In this document: piece after piece, positions 1 through 11,133 of the stretch
How the letters are laid out: each line of letters opens with the position of its first letter
Position numbering within the stretch: position 1 is the first letter of the stretch
Source of the DNA: an uncultured Bacilli bacterium
GTDB taxonomy: Bacteria; Bacillota_I; Bacilli_A; RFN20; CAG-631
Assembly (NCBI GenBank): GCA_947627355.1
Contig: CANQVX010000003.1
Coordinates: 20,815 to 84,814, forward strand
Direction: 5' to 3'
Length of the DNA stretch: 64,000 nucleotides
Notes under the pieces: model-generated
What the model was told of the DNA's origin: nothing
The model's input: the letters and a program-made list of their open reading frames with translations, nothing else
Database searches by the model: none
Position numbers and translations under genes: made by a program

Positions 1-3000
1 AACTAAGTTTACAAGCATTGCAACTAGTCCTGAACTTGAAGCTTCAAGATTATATGTACTTGCTAAAAGTATTATAAATGAACCTATGGTTATTATTACT
101 CATACCATGGCTTTACAACGTTTACTTCCAGCTAAATCATTGTTTTTAAAGAAAATTATTAACCTTAAAACTGATGCTGATATTTCAAGAGGTGAGTTTA
201 TTAAATCTTTGATAACCATGGGCTATAAAAATGTTTTACAAGTTGTTCAACCTTTTGAAATGTCAAGTCGTGGGGGGGTCGTTGATGTTTATACTATTCA
301 ATATGATAAACCACTTCGAATTGAATTTTTTGACGATAAAATCGAGTCAATTAGACTATTTGATGTAACAACTCAAAGAACTGTAAAAGTTATTGATGAA
401 TGTTTAATCATGCCTGCTAGTGAATTTTTAATTGATGATTTAAACAAGGGTATCAGTAATATTCAATCAAGTTTAAATAGACAACTTAAATATAATGAAT
501 CAAATTTGGAACTAGAAGAAAACATTAATGACGATATAAATAAGATACTTAATTATCAATTTGAAGAATCTTTATATCGTTATTATTCTTATTTTAATTG
601 TTATGGTTCCTTAGTTGATTATTTTAAAGATGCTACATTTTTTATCTGTAATCGTGAAGCTATTTTAAATAATGCTGAATTTACTTTAAATGAAACTACT
701 GAAAATGTTTTAGAAATGTTTAACAGTGGTAAAACATTAAGTGATAGCATTTTATTATTTTCAATTGAAGAAGTCTTAGTAAATGTTAAAAACGAAATAG
801 AAGTAACCATTAATTCAAATGGTTCAATTAATGATGAATTAGATGCTACTCCTATTGATAATTTTGGCGGTAATTACGTCCTTTTATGTGAAATTTTAAA
901 TGATTGGCTTAATAGAAATTATATAGTTTATATTGGTCTTGAAAAAGAGGTTCAATATGATGCTATTTATAATCTTTTAAAAGAAAAATCTTATGATGTT
1001 ATTTTATATAACGATGATAGTAAATTTAAACCTGGTAAGATTTATCTTAGTCATTTCGATCTTCATAATGGAATTGAAGTAAAAAATTATAACTTTGTTA
1101 TTTTAGGTGAAAATGAAATTTATAAGAAACATTATCAAATCAATAGTCAATTTTCTAATTTTAAAGATTCGGTTACAGTTGATGATGTTAGTGATTTAAA
1201 ACCTGGTGATTATGTTGTTGATGAACGATATGGAATTGGGATTTATCAAGGAATTGAAACAAGAGAAACTAACGGTACTCATACTAACTGGTTAGTAATT
1301 GAATATCAAAATAATGAAACCTTAGAAATCCGTCTTGAATATTTTAGTCGTATTAGAAAATATGTTGGTCCTGAAGGCCATGAACCAAACCTTGATAGCA
1401 TTAGAAAACACACATGGACGAAAAAAATGTCTAAAGCAACTGATAATGCTCGTGCTAAGGCAAAAGAACTCGTTAAATTGTATGCCCTAAGAAGTCAAAA
1501 ACCAGGCTTTGCTTGTATCAAAGATAACGAACTTATCGAAGAATTTGAAAAAGATTTTGGCTATGAACTTACTGTTGATCAACAAAAAGCAGTAGATGAT
1601 ATTAAAAAAGATTTAGAAACACCAATTATTATGGATAGACTTCTATGTGGTGATGTTGGCTTTGGTAAGACTGAAGTTGCTTTTCGTGCGGCTTATAAAA
1701 TGATTTTATCAGGAAAACAAGTGGCTTTACTATGCCCTACCACTTTACTTGCTAGACAACATTATTTAACAGCCATTGATCGTTTTAAAAAGCAAGGAAT
1801 TAGAATTGCTCTTTTAAGTAGAATCGTTAGTACTAAAAAACAAAAAGAAATATTGGATGACTTAAAAGATAATAAAATTGATTTAATCATTGGAACACAT
1901 AGATTATTATCTGATGATGTTAAGTTTGCTGATTTAGGTTTATTAATTGTTGATGAAGAACATAAGTTTGGTGTAACTCATAAAGAAAAGATAACATCGT
2001 TAAAATATGTGGTTGATGTTTTAACACTTTCAGCTACTCCTATTCCTAGAACTTTACAAATGGGTCTTACCAGTGTTAAAAAAATCTCAATTATTAACAC
2101 TCCAATTGCTAATAGATTACCAGTTCAAACCTATGTGTTAGAACAAAACGATATTGTTATTAAAGAAATTATTGAACGTGAATTAGCTCGTAACGGGCAA
2201 GTCTTTTATTTACATAATCGAATTGATCAATTACCAGCAGTGTTAAGAAAAATAAACGCTCTAGTTCCTAAAGCAAGAGTTGCAATAATTCATGGAAGAA
2301 TTAATAATCAAACTGATTCTGAATTAAATGAACAAACAATGCTAGCCTTTATTAATGGTGAAATCGACATTTTATTATGTACCACTGTTATTGAAAATGG
2401 TATTGATATTCCTAATGTTAACACTTTAATTGTTGAAAATGCTAATTGTTTTGGTCTTGCTCAACTTTATCAACTTAGAGGTCGAGTTGGTAGAAGTGAT
2501 AGATTAGCTTATGCATATTTCTTTTATAACAAAGAAATAAAACTAAGTGAAAAAGCTAGAAAAAGATTAGATGCCATTAAAGAATTTACATCGCTTGGTA
2601 GTGGTTATAAGATTGCTATGCGTGATTTATTAGCTAGAGGTGCTGGTGATTTACTAGGTGAAGAGCAATCAGGATTTATTGTAAGTATTGGTATGGATAT
2701 GTATATTGAATTACTTCAAGAAGCAATTGATGAAGAATTAAATGGTCCTAAAGATAAAAAAGAAACTAAGCAGAAAAAATCAATGGTTGGTGTTGATGCT
2801 TATGTTCCACCTGAATTTTTCAACAATGAATATGAAATCATTGAATTGTATCGTAAGTTAAATAAAGTTGATAAAGTCAAAGATTTAAAAGATTTACGAG
2901 ATGAAATTATTGATAAGACTGGTAAACTACCAGATTCAATCAGATTATTGTTTGATGAAAAATTAATAGATATTATCGAAGACGATGGTTTAATTGAAAC

Positions 3001-3244
3001 AACTGATGAAAATAGTAAGATGTTTAAACTTTATTTAAGTAGAGATTTTGAATATAAGATGGATGGTTGTGGTGTCGACTTATACAATCTAGCTTATAGC
3101 ATTTCAAATACCATTACTCTTCATTATGTACCAAATAAAAACATTGTAGTGTTTTTTAAAAAAGATGATCCTAATTGGGCAAATTATGTAACTGAATTTG
3201 CTAAAGGTTTATTAAAAATTAGAAAAAAATATCTGGGGGAATAA
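1..3244 (+). CDS. mfd: Transcription-repair coupling factor, 5' end outside window
   Basis: SF2 motifs GDVGFGKT, DEEH, SATPIPRT, QLRGRVGR; CarD-like RID (GDYVVDERYGIG); C-terminal TRCF region. The frame is open from position 2, upstream of the ATG at 86. Confidence 0.97.
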   Translation, partial: TKFTSIATSPELEASRLYVLAKSIINEPMVIITHTMALQRLLPAKSLFLKKIINLKTDADISRGEFIKSLITMGYKNVLQVVQPFEMSSRGGVVDVYTIQYDKPLRIEFFDDKIESIRLFDVTTQRTVKVIDECLIMPASEFLIDDLNKGISNIQSSLNRQLKYNESNLELEENINDDINKILNYQFEESLYRYYSYFNCYGSLVDYFKDATFFICNREAILNNAEFTLNETTENVLEMFNSGKTLSDSILLFSIEEVLVNVKNEIEVTINSNGSINDELDATPIDNFGGNYVLLCEILNDWLNRNYIVYIGLEKEVQYDAIYNLLKEKSYDVILYNDDSKFKPGKIYLSHFDLHNGIEVKNYNFVILGENEIYKKHYQINSQFSNFKDSVTVDDVSDLKPGDYVVDERYGIGIYQGIETRETNGTHTNWLVIEYQNNETLEIRLEYFSRIRKYVGPEGHEPNLDSIRKHTWTKKMSKATDNARAKAKELVKLYALRSQKPGFACIKDNELIEEFEKDFGYELTVDQQKAVDDIKKDLETPIIMDRLLCGDVGFGKTEVAFRAAYKMILSGKQVALLCPTTLLARQHYLTAIDRFKKQGIRIALLSRIVSTKKQKEILDDLKDNKIDLIIGTHRLLSDDVKFADLGLLIVDEEHKFGVTHKEKITSLKYVVDVLTLSATPIPRTLQMGLTSVKKISIINTPIANRLPVQTYVLEQNDIVIKEIIERELARNGQVFYLHNRIDQLPAVLRKINALVPKARVAIIHGRINNQTDSELNEQTMLAFINGEIDILLCTTVIENGIDIPNVNTLIVENANCFGLAQLYQLRGRVGRSDRLAYAYFFYNKEIKLSEKARKRLDAIKEFTSLGSGYKIAMRDLLARGAGDLLGEEQSGFIVSIGMDMYIELLQEAIDEELNGPKDKKETKQKKSMVGVDAYVPPEFFNNEYEIIELYRKLNKVDKVKDLKDLRDEIIDKTGKLPDSIRLLFDEKLIDIIEDDGLIETTDENSKMFKLYLSRDFEYKMDGCGVDLYNLAYSISNTITLHYVPNKNIVVFFKKDDPNWANYVTEFAKGLLKIRKKYLGE

Positions 3245-3250
3245 ATAATT

Positions 3251-3853
3251 ATGGAATTAGAAATATTTACCAATCGTGAATTCTTTAATCAAAATAAAAA
3301 AGATTTTCTTGATAAACAAGATATTTTTGTCGACACTGATTTTTATTATCAATTAGATAATGATTTAGTCTATCCTGAATCATTGAAAAAGATTGTTGAA
3401 TATTTAAAATACACTGATTCGATTAATTTATATCTTGATACCACATTAGTTTCGTTTGTTAATTTAATCGTTATTGTTAACTATTTGCATCAAAATGGTT
3501 ATGAAAATGATTTAGTTATCAATTACTATAATAACCAAACTTATAAAGTTATTATTAAGAAAAAACTATACAATTCGTTATATAAAGAATGTAAAAAAGT
3601 TTTAGAATACTTTAAAGGTAAAAGAGATAATGAAATATTTTCATCTGATTTAAAAATCGTGATACCTAATTTTAAGCAATGCATTTCTTTATATGATTCT
3701 ATTTATTATGAACCATCTGTTATTGAAGCAATAATCTTAGAATGTAATGAAGAATATGACGATTCTATCGACAATTTTTTAGATTCTTATAATCAAACAT
3801 ATGGTTTTAGTAAAGAATATATTGAACAATTATTTAATAAATGGAGTAAATAA
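3251..3853 (+). CDS. Hypothetical protein, remote DUF1835-like appearance
   Basis: 200-aa ORF tightly coupled between mfd and tilS. Segment DSINLYLD...VNLIVIVNYL resembles DUF1835-type proteins by eye only. Confidence 0.6.
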   Translation: MELEIFTNREFFNQNKKDFLDKQDIFVDTDFYYQLDNDLVYPESLKKIVEYLKYTDSINLYLDTTLVSFVNLIVIVNYLHQNGYENDLVINYYNNQTYKVIIKKKLYNSLYKECKKVLEYFKGKRDNEIFSSDLKIVIPNFKQCISLYDSIYYEPSVIEAIILECNEEYDDSIDNFLDSYNQTYGFSKEYIEQLFNKWSK

Positions 3854-3855
3854 TT

Positions 3856-5088
3856 ATGAATGTAGAATTTAATTATGATAAAAATGGCCTTTATTTAGTA
3901 GCTTGTTCTGGCGGCCCAGATTCTATGGCATTACTTGATATGCTTTATAAACAAAATTACCATTTAATTGTTGCCTTAGTAAACTATAAAAAAAGAGCTG
4001 AAAGTGATGAAGAAAAAGAAATGGTAAATAATTACTGTAATCAAAGAAATATTTCGTTTTACTCGACAGATTTTAATGTTGATTATAGTAAAAAATCATT
4101 TCAAGCAGTAGCTCGTGATTTTCGCTATTCGTTTTTTAAAGAACTATATTTTAAGTTTAATTGTTCTGGTTTATTTGTGGGTCATCAAAAAGATGACTTA
4201 ATTGAAACATATTTACTTAAACTTAGAAGACATGTAACCAATTTATCTTATTTAATTGAAGAAAAAACAATTATCAAAGATATGATAGTATATCGTCCTT
4301 TACTTCATGTATATAAAGATGAATTAGTTAAATATTGTAAAGAAAATAATGTAGATTATGGAATTGATAGCAGTAATTTACTACCAGTTTATCCTAGAAA
4401 TTCAATTCGTATTGAACTTAAAAACAAAGATAAAGAAAAAATCTATAAAGAAGCTTTAAAAAAAGATAAAGTCTTAAAAGATAAACAAAATGAAGTGTTA
4501 GAGTTTTTAAATACTCATAATCAACCATATAATATTAATGATTTAAAAGACAAAGATAATTTGTTTTTGAGATATTTTTTATATTTTGCTGTTGATAAAA
4601 AATATAAACAAGCAATAAACAATCATTCTTTGTTTAATTTACTTTCTCTTTTACGTTTTGATAAGCCTAATGTTATGCATAATATAGAAGAGAATTATTA
4701 TATGGTTAGATCATATTCTAATTTAACATTTGAATTTTGTTTTAATGATGTTGAATATTGTTATGAACTATCTGAAATTAAAGAATTAGACACTCCTTAT
4801 TTTAAAATTGCAAATGCTGGTTTAAAAATGCAAGGAATTTGTTTGTTTGAAAGTGATTTTCCAATAAAAATACGTAATATAAAAAATGGTGATAAAATCG
4901 ATATAAAAGATGGCCATAAAAAAATAAATCGCCTTTTGATCGACAAAAAAATACCTTTAGCTAGAAGAAAAACAATGCCAGTTATTGAAAATGCTAAGGG
5001 TAAAATTATATTTGTCAGTGGCATTTATAGATATTTTGAAAGAAAAACGATGCAAAATAATTTTTTTGTGTTAGAATATAAGAAATGA
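3856..5088 (+). CDS. tilS: tRNA(Ile)-lysidine synthetase
   Basis: PP-loop SGGPDS, GHQKDDLIET, RPLL, RNSIR; canonical position before ftsH. Confidence 0.96.
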   Translation: MNVEFNYDKNGLYLVACSGGPDSMALLDMLYKQNYHLIVALVNYKKRAESDEEKEMVNNYCNQRNISFYSTDFNVDYSKKSFQAVARDFRYSFFKELYFKFNCSGLFVGHQKDDLIETYLLKLRRHVTNLSYLIEEKTIIKDMIVYRPLLHVYKDELVKYCKENNVDYGIDSSNLLPVYPRNSIRIELKNKDKEKIYKEALKKDKVLKDKQNEVLEFLNTHNQPYNINDLKDKDNLFLRYFLYFAVDKKYKQAINNHSLFNLLSLLRFDKPNVMHNIEENYYMVRSYSNLTFEFCFNDVEYCYELSEIKELDTPYFKIANAGLKMQGICLFESDFPIKIRNIKNGDKIDIKDGHKKINRLLIDKKIPLARRKTMPVIENAKGKIIFVSGIYRYFERKTMQNNFFVLEYKK

Positions 5089-5136
5089 ATATTTATATTC
5101 ATTTACATCTTTGATTAATAAGGGAGATGAAAGTCT

Positions 5137-7638
5137 GTGCAAAGTCAAAATTATACAAATGGAAGTAGAAGAAAATCATCGCTTTGGAAATACTTGTTAT
5201 TCTGGGGCGCTTTAATTGCTATTATTATTGCCTTAGTCTTTACTATGACTGGTGTTCGTCGTAGTGAAATTGACTGGACAAGAAACGATGTTGAAAATTA
5301 TTTTTCACCATATGAATCACTAAATAAAGATGATAATGTCATTAAACAAGAATGGCAAAAAAGTGATATCGCTACATTCTTTACATCTAGTAATGATGAT
5401 GATTCAGAATATGTAAAGAAACTAAATAAAGTTACTAAGATGACTTTTTATGTTGGCGGTGAATCATCAACTTTTGTCATTAACTATAGTTTAACTACTA
5501 CAGAAACTAATGACCTAGATGAACAAGTTACAATCACTAAAAATTATCAAGCTAGTTATAATTTTACTGATGAAACTGAAAGAACTGAAATTGCTACTTA
5601 TATCATAAATGCTCGAAATTATATAACAAATTATTTAGCTAAACATCCTGAAGAAAGTACAAATATTACAACAGGACTTGAATATAATATTGTTAATTTA
5701 TTTGATATAAATAGTTTCTATTCTCAAATGACTGAAGGTCAAAAAGAAGATTATTATAATAAACTATCATATGTTGAAAGCATTAGAGTTGATGCGGGAC
5801 CTTATAAATCAACTTTAGTTGTTGATTATTATAGAGCTGGTGCTAATGCTAGACCTACTTATTATCGTGCTAGTTATACATTTGTAGCTAATGATGGTGG
5901 TTTAACAGTTAACTATATTAATCAATTAATTGACAATGCTAATGCCTTCTTAATTGCTTATAAAAATGATTATAATCCTAGAATTGATGTTACATTATAC
6001 ATCGGTGTTAAGGATACTACTGAAAGAAGCTTCTGGCTTGACTTATTAATCAGTTTATTACCAATTATTATTTGTGGTGTTTTAATCTTTATTATCATCT
6101 CAAAAGCAAGTGGTGGAAACAAATCCACTATGGAATTTGGTAACTCTAAAGCTCGTCGTGAAGATAATTCACCAGTTCGTTTTAGAGATGTTGCTGGTTG
6201 TGATGATGAAAAAGAAGAAATGAAAGAATTAGTTGATTACTTAAAGAATCCAACAAAATATCGTGATTCAGGAGCTCGTATACCTAAAGGTATTATCTTA
6301 AAAGGACCTCCTGGAACTGGTAAAACTTTACTTGCTAAAGCTGTTGCTGGTGAAGCTAATGTACCATTCTATTACATTTCAGGTTCTGACTTCCTTGAAA
6401 TGTTTGTCGGTGTCGGTGCTAGTCGTGTTCGTGATATGTTTAAACGAGCTAGATCAACTGCTCCATGTATTATTTTTATCGATGAAATCGATGCTGTTGC
6501 AAGACAAAGAGGTAGTGGACTTGGTGGTGGACATGATGAACGTGAACAAACTTTAAACCAATTATTAGTTGAAATGGATGGTTTTGAAGGTAATACTGGT
6601 GTTATCGTTTTAGCTGCTACAAATAGAATTGATATTCTCGATCCTGCTTTATTAAGGCCAGGTCGTTTTGATAGACAAATTGATGTTAACTTACCTGACT
6701 TGAAAGGCCGTGTTGAAATCTTAAAAGTTCATGCTCGTAATAAAAAACTTGCTAGTGATGTATCTTTAGAATCAGTTGCTAAAAGAACTCCTGGCTTTAG
6801 TGGTGCTGAACTTGAAAACGTTTTAAACGAAGCTGCTATTCTATCAGTTCGTAATCGTCATGAAAGAATTAGTACTTCTGATATTGATGAAGCTGTTGAT
6901 AGAGTTATGGCAGGTCCTGCAAAGAAAACTAAAGTTATTTCAGAAAGAGCAAAGAAAATGGTTGCTTATCATGAAGCAGGACATGCTGTTATTGGCTTAA
7001 AGGTCGCTTTAAGTGAAACAGTTCAAAAGATTACTATTATTCCACGTGGCGATGCTGGTGGTTATGTCTTAATGACACCAAAAGATGAAAGTATGTTACA
7101 AACCAAAGGCGAATTACTTGCTAAGATTACTTCTTATTTAGCAGGTCGTGCTTCTGAAGAAATCTTCTTTGATGATGTAACAACTGGTGCTCATAGTGAT
7201 ATTGAAAGAGCAACTCAAATTGCAAGAACTATGGTTACTGAACTTGGTATGTCATCTTTAGGACCTGTTCAATATGAAAATGGTGCTCAACAAGTGTTCT
7301 TGGGTAGAGATTATGGAAGTACAAGAATTTCAAGTGAAGTTGCTAATGAAATCGATAAAGCTGTTCGTGAAATCATTGAAAGTTGTTTAGAAACAGCAAG
7401 AAAATGTATCTTAGAAAACAAAGATATCTTAATTCTAATTGCTGAAAATCTACTTAAATATGAAACAATCACAGCTGAAGAAATCAATTATCTAATTGAA
7501 CATGGTTCACTTGATGAATATAAAGCTGAACAAGAAAAAAATGCAACTTTAAAAAATCAAGAAACTAATACAACTATAAAACCTGTTGATTCAGCAAATG
7601 AACCAACGAAAGAAGATAAGCCAAATGAACCAAGATAA
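5137..7638 (+). CDS. ftsH: ATP-dependent zinc metalloprotease FtsH with enlarged extracellular region
   Basis: Two TM helices, Walker A GPPGTGKT, Walker B IFIDEID, SRH, HEAGH zinc motif; GTG start after AAGGGAG. Confidence 0.98.
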   Translation: MQSQNYTNGSRRKSSLWKYLLFWGALIAIIIALVFTMTGVRRSEIDWTRNDVENYFSPYESLNKDDNVIKQEWQKSDIATFFTSSNDDDSEYVKKLNKVTKMTFYVGGESSTFVINYSLTTTETNDLDEQVTITKNYQASYNFTDETERTEIATYIINARNYITNYLAKHPEESTNITTGLEYNIVNLFDINSFYSQMTEGQKEDYYNKLSYVESIRVDAGPYKSTLVVDYYRAGANARPTYYRASYTFVANDGGLTVNYINQLIDNANAFLIAYKNDYNPRIDVTLYIGVKDTTERSFWLDLLISLLPIIICGVLIFIIISKASGGNKSTMEFGNSKARREDNSPVRFRDVAGCDDEKEEMKELVDYLKNPTKYRDSGARIPKGIILKGPPGTGKTLLAKAVAGEANVPFYYISGSDFLEMFVGVGASRVRDMFKRARSTAPCIIFIDEIDAVARQRGSGLGGGHDEREQTLNQLLVEMDGFEGNTGVIVLAATNRIDILDPALLRPGRFDRQIDVNLPDLKGRVEILKVHARNKKLASDVSLESVAKRTPGFSGAELENVLNEAAILSVRNRHERISTSDIDEAVDRVMAGPAKKTKVISERAKKMVAYHEAGHAVIGLKVALSETVQKITIIPRGDAGGYVLMTPKDESMLQTKGELLAKITSYLAGRASEEIFFDDVTTGAHSDIERATQIARTMVTELGMSSLGPVQYENGAQQVFLGRDYGSTRISSEVANEIDKAVREIIESCLETARKCILENKDILILIAENLLKYETITAEEINYLIEHGSLDEYKAEQEKNATLKNQETNTTIKPVDSANEPTKEDKPNEPR

Positions 7639-8503
7639 ACTCTATAAATTTTTAGCTTTTAATAATGAAATACGAGTTTATAGTGTTGAAAGTAAAGAAG
7701 TTTTACTTAAATATTTAAAGCATGTGGAATGTTCACCAATTGCTAGTGTTGCGATTGGTAGACTAATGAGCGCTGCTTTAATGATGGCTGGTATGCTAAA
7801 AGATGATGAAAAACTATTATTATCAATTGATAGTGATGGTCCAATTCAATCACTTAAGGCTGAAGCTGATGCATATGGAACCGTAAGAGGATTTGTAAAG
7901 AATCCTCTTTTGGACGTTTCATACAATGAATTTGGCCGTTTAGATGTAGCAAAAGCTGTCGGACATGGTATTTTAACAGTTAAAAAGCAATTAAATTTAA
8001 AAGAACCTTTCACTGGTAGTTGTGAACTTGTTAGTGGTGAAATAGCTGAAGATATTAGTTATTATTTTGGTATCAGTGAACAAACTCCAACCGTTGTTGC
8101 ATTAGGAGTTAATATTAGTAAAGAAGGAACAATTGATAATTCAGGTGGCTTTATTATTCAAATGCTTCCTAATGCTAGTGAAGAAGCATATCAATATGTA
8201 GAAGAGTTGCTTAAAAAAGTAACTTCAGTTAGTGAATTATTAAATAAATTTGGTCCTGAACAATTAGTTCATGAATTATTTAATGATGCTACTTTAGTTG
8301 AATCATATCCAGTTAGATTTCAATGTTCATGTTCTAGAAGAGTGGCCATTAATATTTTAAAAAGACTTGAATATTCTGATTTAGAAACAATTATTAATGA
8401 AGATCATAAAGCTGAAGTAACTTGTAACTTCTGCAATCGTAAATATCACTTCACAGAAGAAGAGTTAAAACAAATCTTAGAGGAAAAACGATGCGAGGCA
8501 TAG
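7625..8503 (+). CDS. hslO: Hsp33 redox chaperone
   Basis: C-terminal CSC...CNFC zinc centre, GEIAEDISYYF..SEQ motif, follows ftsH. Start placed at ATG 7625. Confidence 0.95.
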   Translation: MNQDKLYKFLAFNNEIRVYSVESKEVLLKYLKHVECSPIASVAIGRLMSAALMMAGMLKDDEKLLLSIDSDGPIQSLKAEADAYGTVRGFVKNPLLDVSYNEFGRLDVAKAVGHGILTVKKQLNLKEPFTGSCELVSGEIAEDISYYFGISEQTPTVVALGVNISKEGTIDNSGGFIIQMLPNASEEAYQYVEELLKKVTSVSELLNKFGPEQLVHELFNDATLVESYPVRFQCSCSRRVAINILKRLEYSDLETIINEDHKAEVTCNFCNRKYHFTEEELKQILEEKRCEA

Positions 8504-9333
8504 AAATATTTTGGTTGTGTCTAGGAATTATCGTTTTTATCGGTATTTTAGTTTATTTATATGGTTATATATTTGAAGTTAGAATGACTCGTTTAATCAA
8601 ATATGAATACCATGATAAAACTATTAAAAAGGTAAAAGAAACTAGCTTAAAAGAAGGCTTAAAGATAATCTTTTTTAGTGACTTGCATCTAGGTAAGAAT
8701 TTACATGGAAAACAACTAAAAAAGAAACTAGCTTTCATTTTAAAACAAAATGCTGATATTTATTTGTTTGGTGGCGATTTAATCGGTTATCGTCTAACTG
8801 ATTATGTTAAAAGTACTGAAATTATCGATAGATTCAATGATTTTCTAACGGTTCCGTGTTATAAAATAAAAGGAAATCATGAATATAAAAAAGAAGAACA
8901 TACATCTCAAGAAACTAAAGATCTTTATTTTGCTGCTATGCCCTTTAAACCGTTAGTTAATGAAAAAGAAATAATTGAATATAAAGATAAAAAAATAGCG
9001 ATTATTGGTTTACAAGAAGGTCAATATCATAAACCTGAAATGCCTAAAATAGATGAAGATGTTGATTTAAAAATTGTTATGATACATCAAGGAGACTATT
9101 TTGATACATTTAATGATGTTGATATTGTATTATCTGGACATACTCATGGAGGACAAATTAGAATTCCATTTTTACCACCAATCTATTCACCAAAACATGG
9201 AAAGAAATATAACCGAGGTTTATTTATAAAAGATAACAAAGCTTTGATTGTATCTAAGGGAGTTGGCTGTAATATGTTTAAGTTTCGTTTTTTAGCTTCT
9301 AGTGATATAATTGAATTGAAAATAACATTTTAA
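8491..9333 (+). CDS. Membrane-anchored metallophosphoesterase (YkuE-like)
   Basis: N-terminal TM; SDLH, GGD, GNHE and GHTHGGQ motifs. Confidence 0.9.
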   Translation: MRGIEIFWLCLGIIVFIGILVYLYGYIFEVRMTRLIKYEYHDKTIKKVKETSLKEGLKIIFFSDLHLGKNLHGKQLKKKLAFILKQNADIYLFGGDLIGYRLTDYVKSTEIIDRFNDFLTVPCYKIKGNHEYKKEEHTSQETKDLYFAAMPFKPLVNEKEIIEYKDKKIAIIGLQEGQYHKPEMPKIDEDVDLKIVMIHQGDYFDTFNDVDIVLSGHTHGGQIRIPFLPPIYSPKHGKKYNRGLFIKDNKALIVSKGVGCNMFKFRFLASSDIIELKITF

Positions 9334-9347
9334 AGGAGTGGACTTAT

Positions 9348-11117
9348 ATGAAATTATCACCATCTGCGATTTTGATTATTGCAGTCTCGTTAATAACTAT
9401 ATTTGCTATCATTCTTTTATGTGTCACGATTTTTAAAAAACAAAATCCATCATTTACTGAAACTATGAATGCTAAGAAAAATATTCGTTTTTCAATTATG
9501 ATTGATATTAAACAAGATTTTGTTGAAATCTATTCTGTTTATGAAACAAATAATAAAACCAAAACAATGTCTTATGAAGAATTTACTTATTCTTTTGATA
9601 ACGAAAACTTAAATAAACTTAAAGATTGGCTCGATAGAATCGATAAAAATGATGATGTTGCTTTTTTAAACTCCGAACAACTTGAAGTTGCTATGTATGA
9701 TTTTAATGGTAAAAAAAGATTATATCGTTGTACCTTACAAAACTTCATAAAAGACCGTAAAAAGTATTTCTTAAATGCTCAAGATATTACCGATAATAAT
9801 CCAACAATCAAAGAATATGAAAACAAATTAAGTCAATATAGCAGTGAAAAATTTTATGAAAAAATTAACTTTTTAATGGAAGATAATCTTGATAACGAAA
9901 TGGGTTTATTAATTTCCATTCGTTATAAAGGTTATTATTCAATTACTAAAAACTATGAACTTGATTATATAAAACTAATCGATTATGAAATATTAAATAG
10001 ATTAGAAGCCATTTGTGAAAATGATATGGCTATTTGTCAAGGAACTGACTCCATCTTTTATATTTTTATTAGTAAAGTTTTAGTAGGTCCTTTAGCAAAG
10101 ACTACTAAACAAAAGATTAAAAAGATTTTACAAACTTGCTCAGGTACTATTGAAGTAAATAAAGCTAAGTTTAATTTATCATTTGCTACTGGTATCAAAG
10201 AAGTTAGAAAATTTGATGATTTGCAAGTTTGTATGGAAATGGCAAAGAAAGCATTGATTCGTTCATTTAGAAAAGCTGACGATAAAATCGTTTATTTTGA
10301 TACTAGTGAACTTGCTGAAATGGAATCAGTTTTAGAAATCAAAAAATCAGTTGTTAAACAATTAGTTGATAACGAAGATTTCCAATTAATTAAAACTCCA
10401 ATTATTGATATAAAATCACGACTTGTCTATGGCTATGCTATTAATATTTTATTTAACCAAACATTTTTAAGAGCAAGTAAAGTTGATGATTTAAATTCTG
10501 AAAGTATTTTCTATATTGCTCAAGATATCGGTGAAAGAAAAAGATTAGTTGAAGCTATTTTAAATCGAATTATTGATCTTCAATTAGATAAACCAATCTT
10601 TATTAATTTCTCTTATCTTCAAGTTGCTAAGTTTTGTGAAATTTGTTTTACTCAAGAAAAATATAAGAATCTACCGTTAAATTTTATCATTTCATTTGAT
10701 AATTTTTCTAATACTGAAACTAATTTGATTAACTTAGAAAGACTTATTAATAACGTTGAAAAACATAATATGCATTGTGGCCTTGCAATTAGAAATTATA
10801 AAAAACTTTCAATTGCTGAAAGTGTTTATAATAAACTTAAATACATGTTAATTCAAAATGCAGTTATTGAAGAATCTTTTAATTTAACGAGCCATAAAAT
10901 TGGTCTAGATAGTTTTATTCAAACGGCTAAAAAATACAATTTAAAAGTTATTGGTGCTGGTATTAGTAACCCTCAACAATACGAAAAAATGTATGATATC
11001 AATGCTGATTATCTAACAGGTAGTTTCTTTAATGAAAAAGTTAAAGATGGTAAGTTAGATGATAAAGCATTTCTAGATCAAATTGACGAAATCGAAGAAC
11101 ACGTTGAAAGATTATAA
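9348..11117 (+). CDS. Membrane-anchored degenerate GGDEF-EAL domain protein
   Basis: N-terminal TM; GGDEF-like spacing (LSFATGI...MEMAKKAL...IVYFD) and EAL-like C-terminus (PIID...GY, KVIGAGI...YLTGSFF); catalytic motifs absent. Confidence 0.65.
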   Translation: MKLSPSAILIIAVSLITIFAIILLCVTIFKKQNPSFTETMNAKKNIRFSIMIDIKQDFVEIYSVYETNNKTKTMSYEEFTYSFDNENLNKLKDWLDRIDKNDDVAFLNSEQLEVAMYDFNGKKRLYRCTLQNFIKDRKKYFLNAQDITDNNPTIKEYENKLSQYSSEKFYEKINFLMEDNLDNEMGLLISIRYKGYYSITKNYELDYIKLIDYEILNRLEAICENDMAICQGTDSIFYIFISKVLVGPLAKTTKQKIKKILQTCSGTIEVNKAKFNLSFATGIKEVRKFDDLQVCMEMAKKALIRSFRKADDKIVYFDTSELAEMESVLEIKKSVVKQLVDNEDFQLIKTPIIDIKSRLVYGYAINILFNQTFLRASKVDDLNSESIFYIAQDIGERKRLVEAILNRIIDLQLDKPIFINFSYLQVAKFCEICFTQEKYKNLPLNFIISFDNFSNTETNLINLERLINNVEKHNMHCGLAIRNYKKLSIAESVYNKLKYMLIQNAVIEESFNLTSHKIGLDSFIQTAKKYNLKVIGAGISNPQQYEKMYDINADYLTGSFFNEKVKDGKLDDKAFLDQIDEIEEHVERL

Positions 11118-11133
11118 GAAAGGACTATAATTT

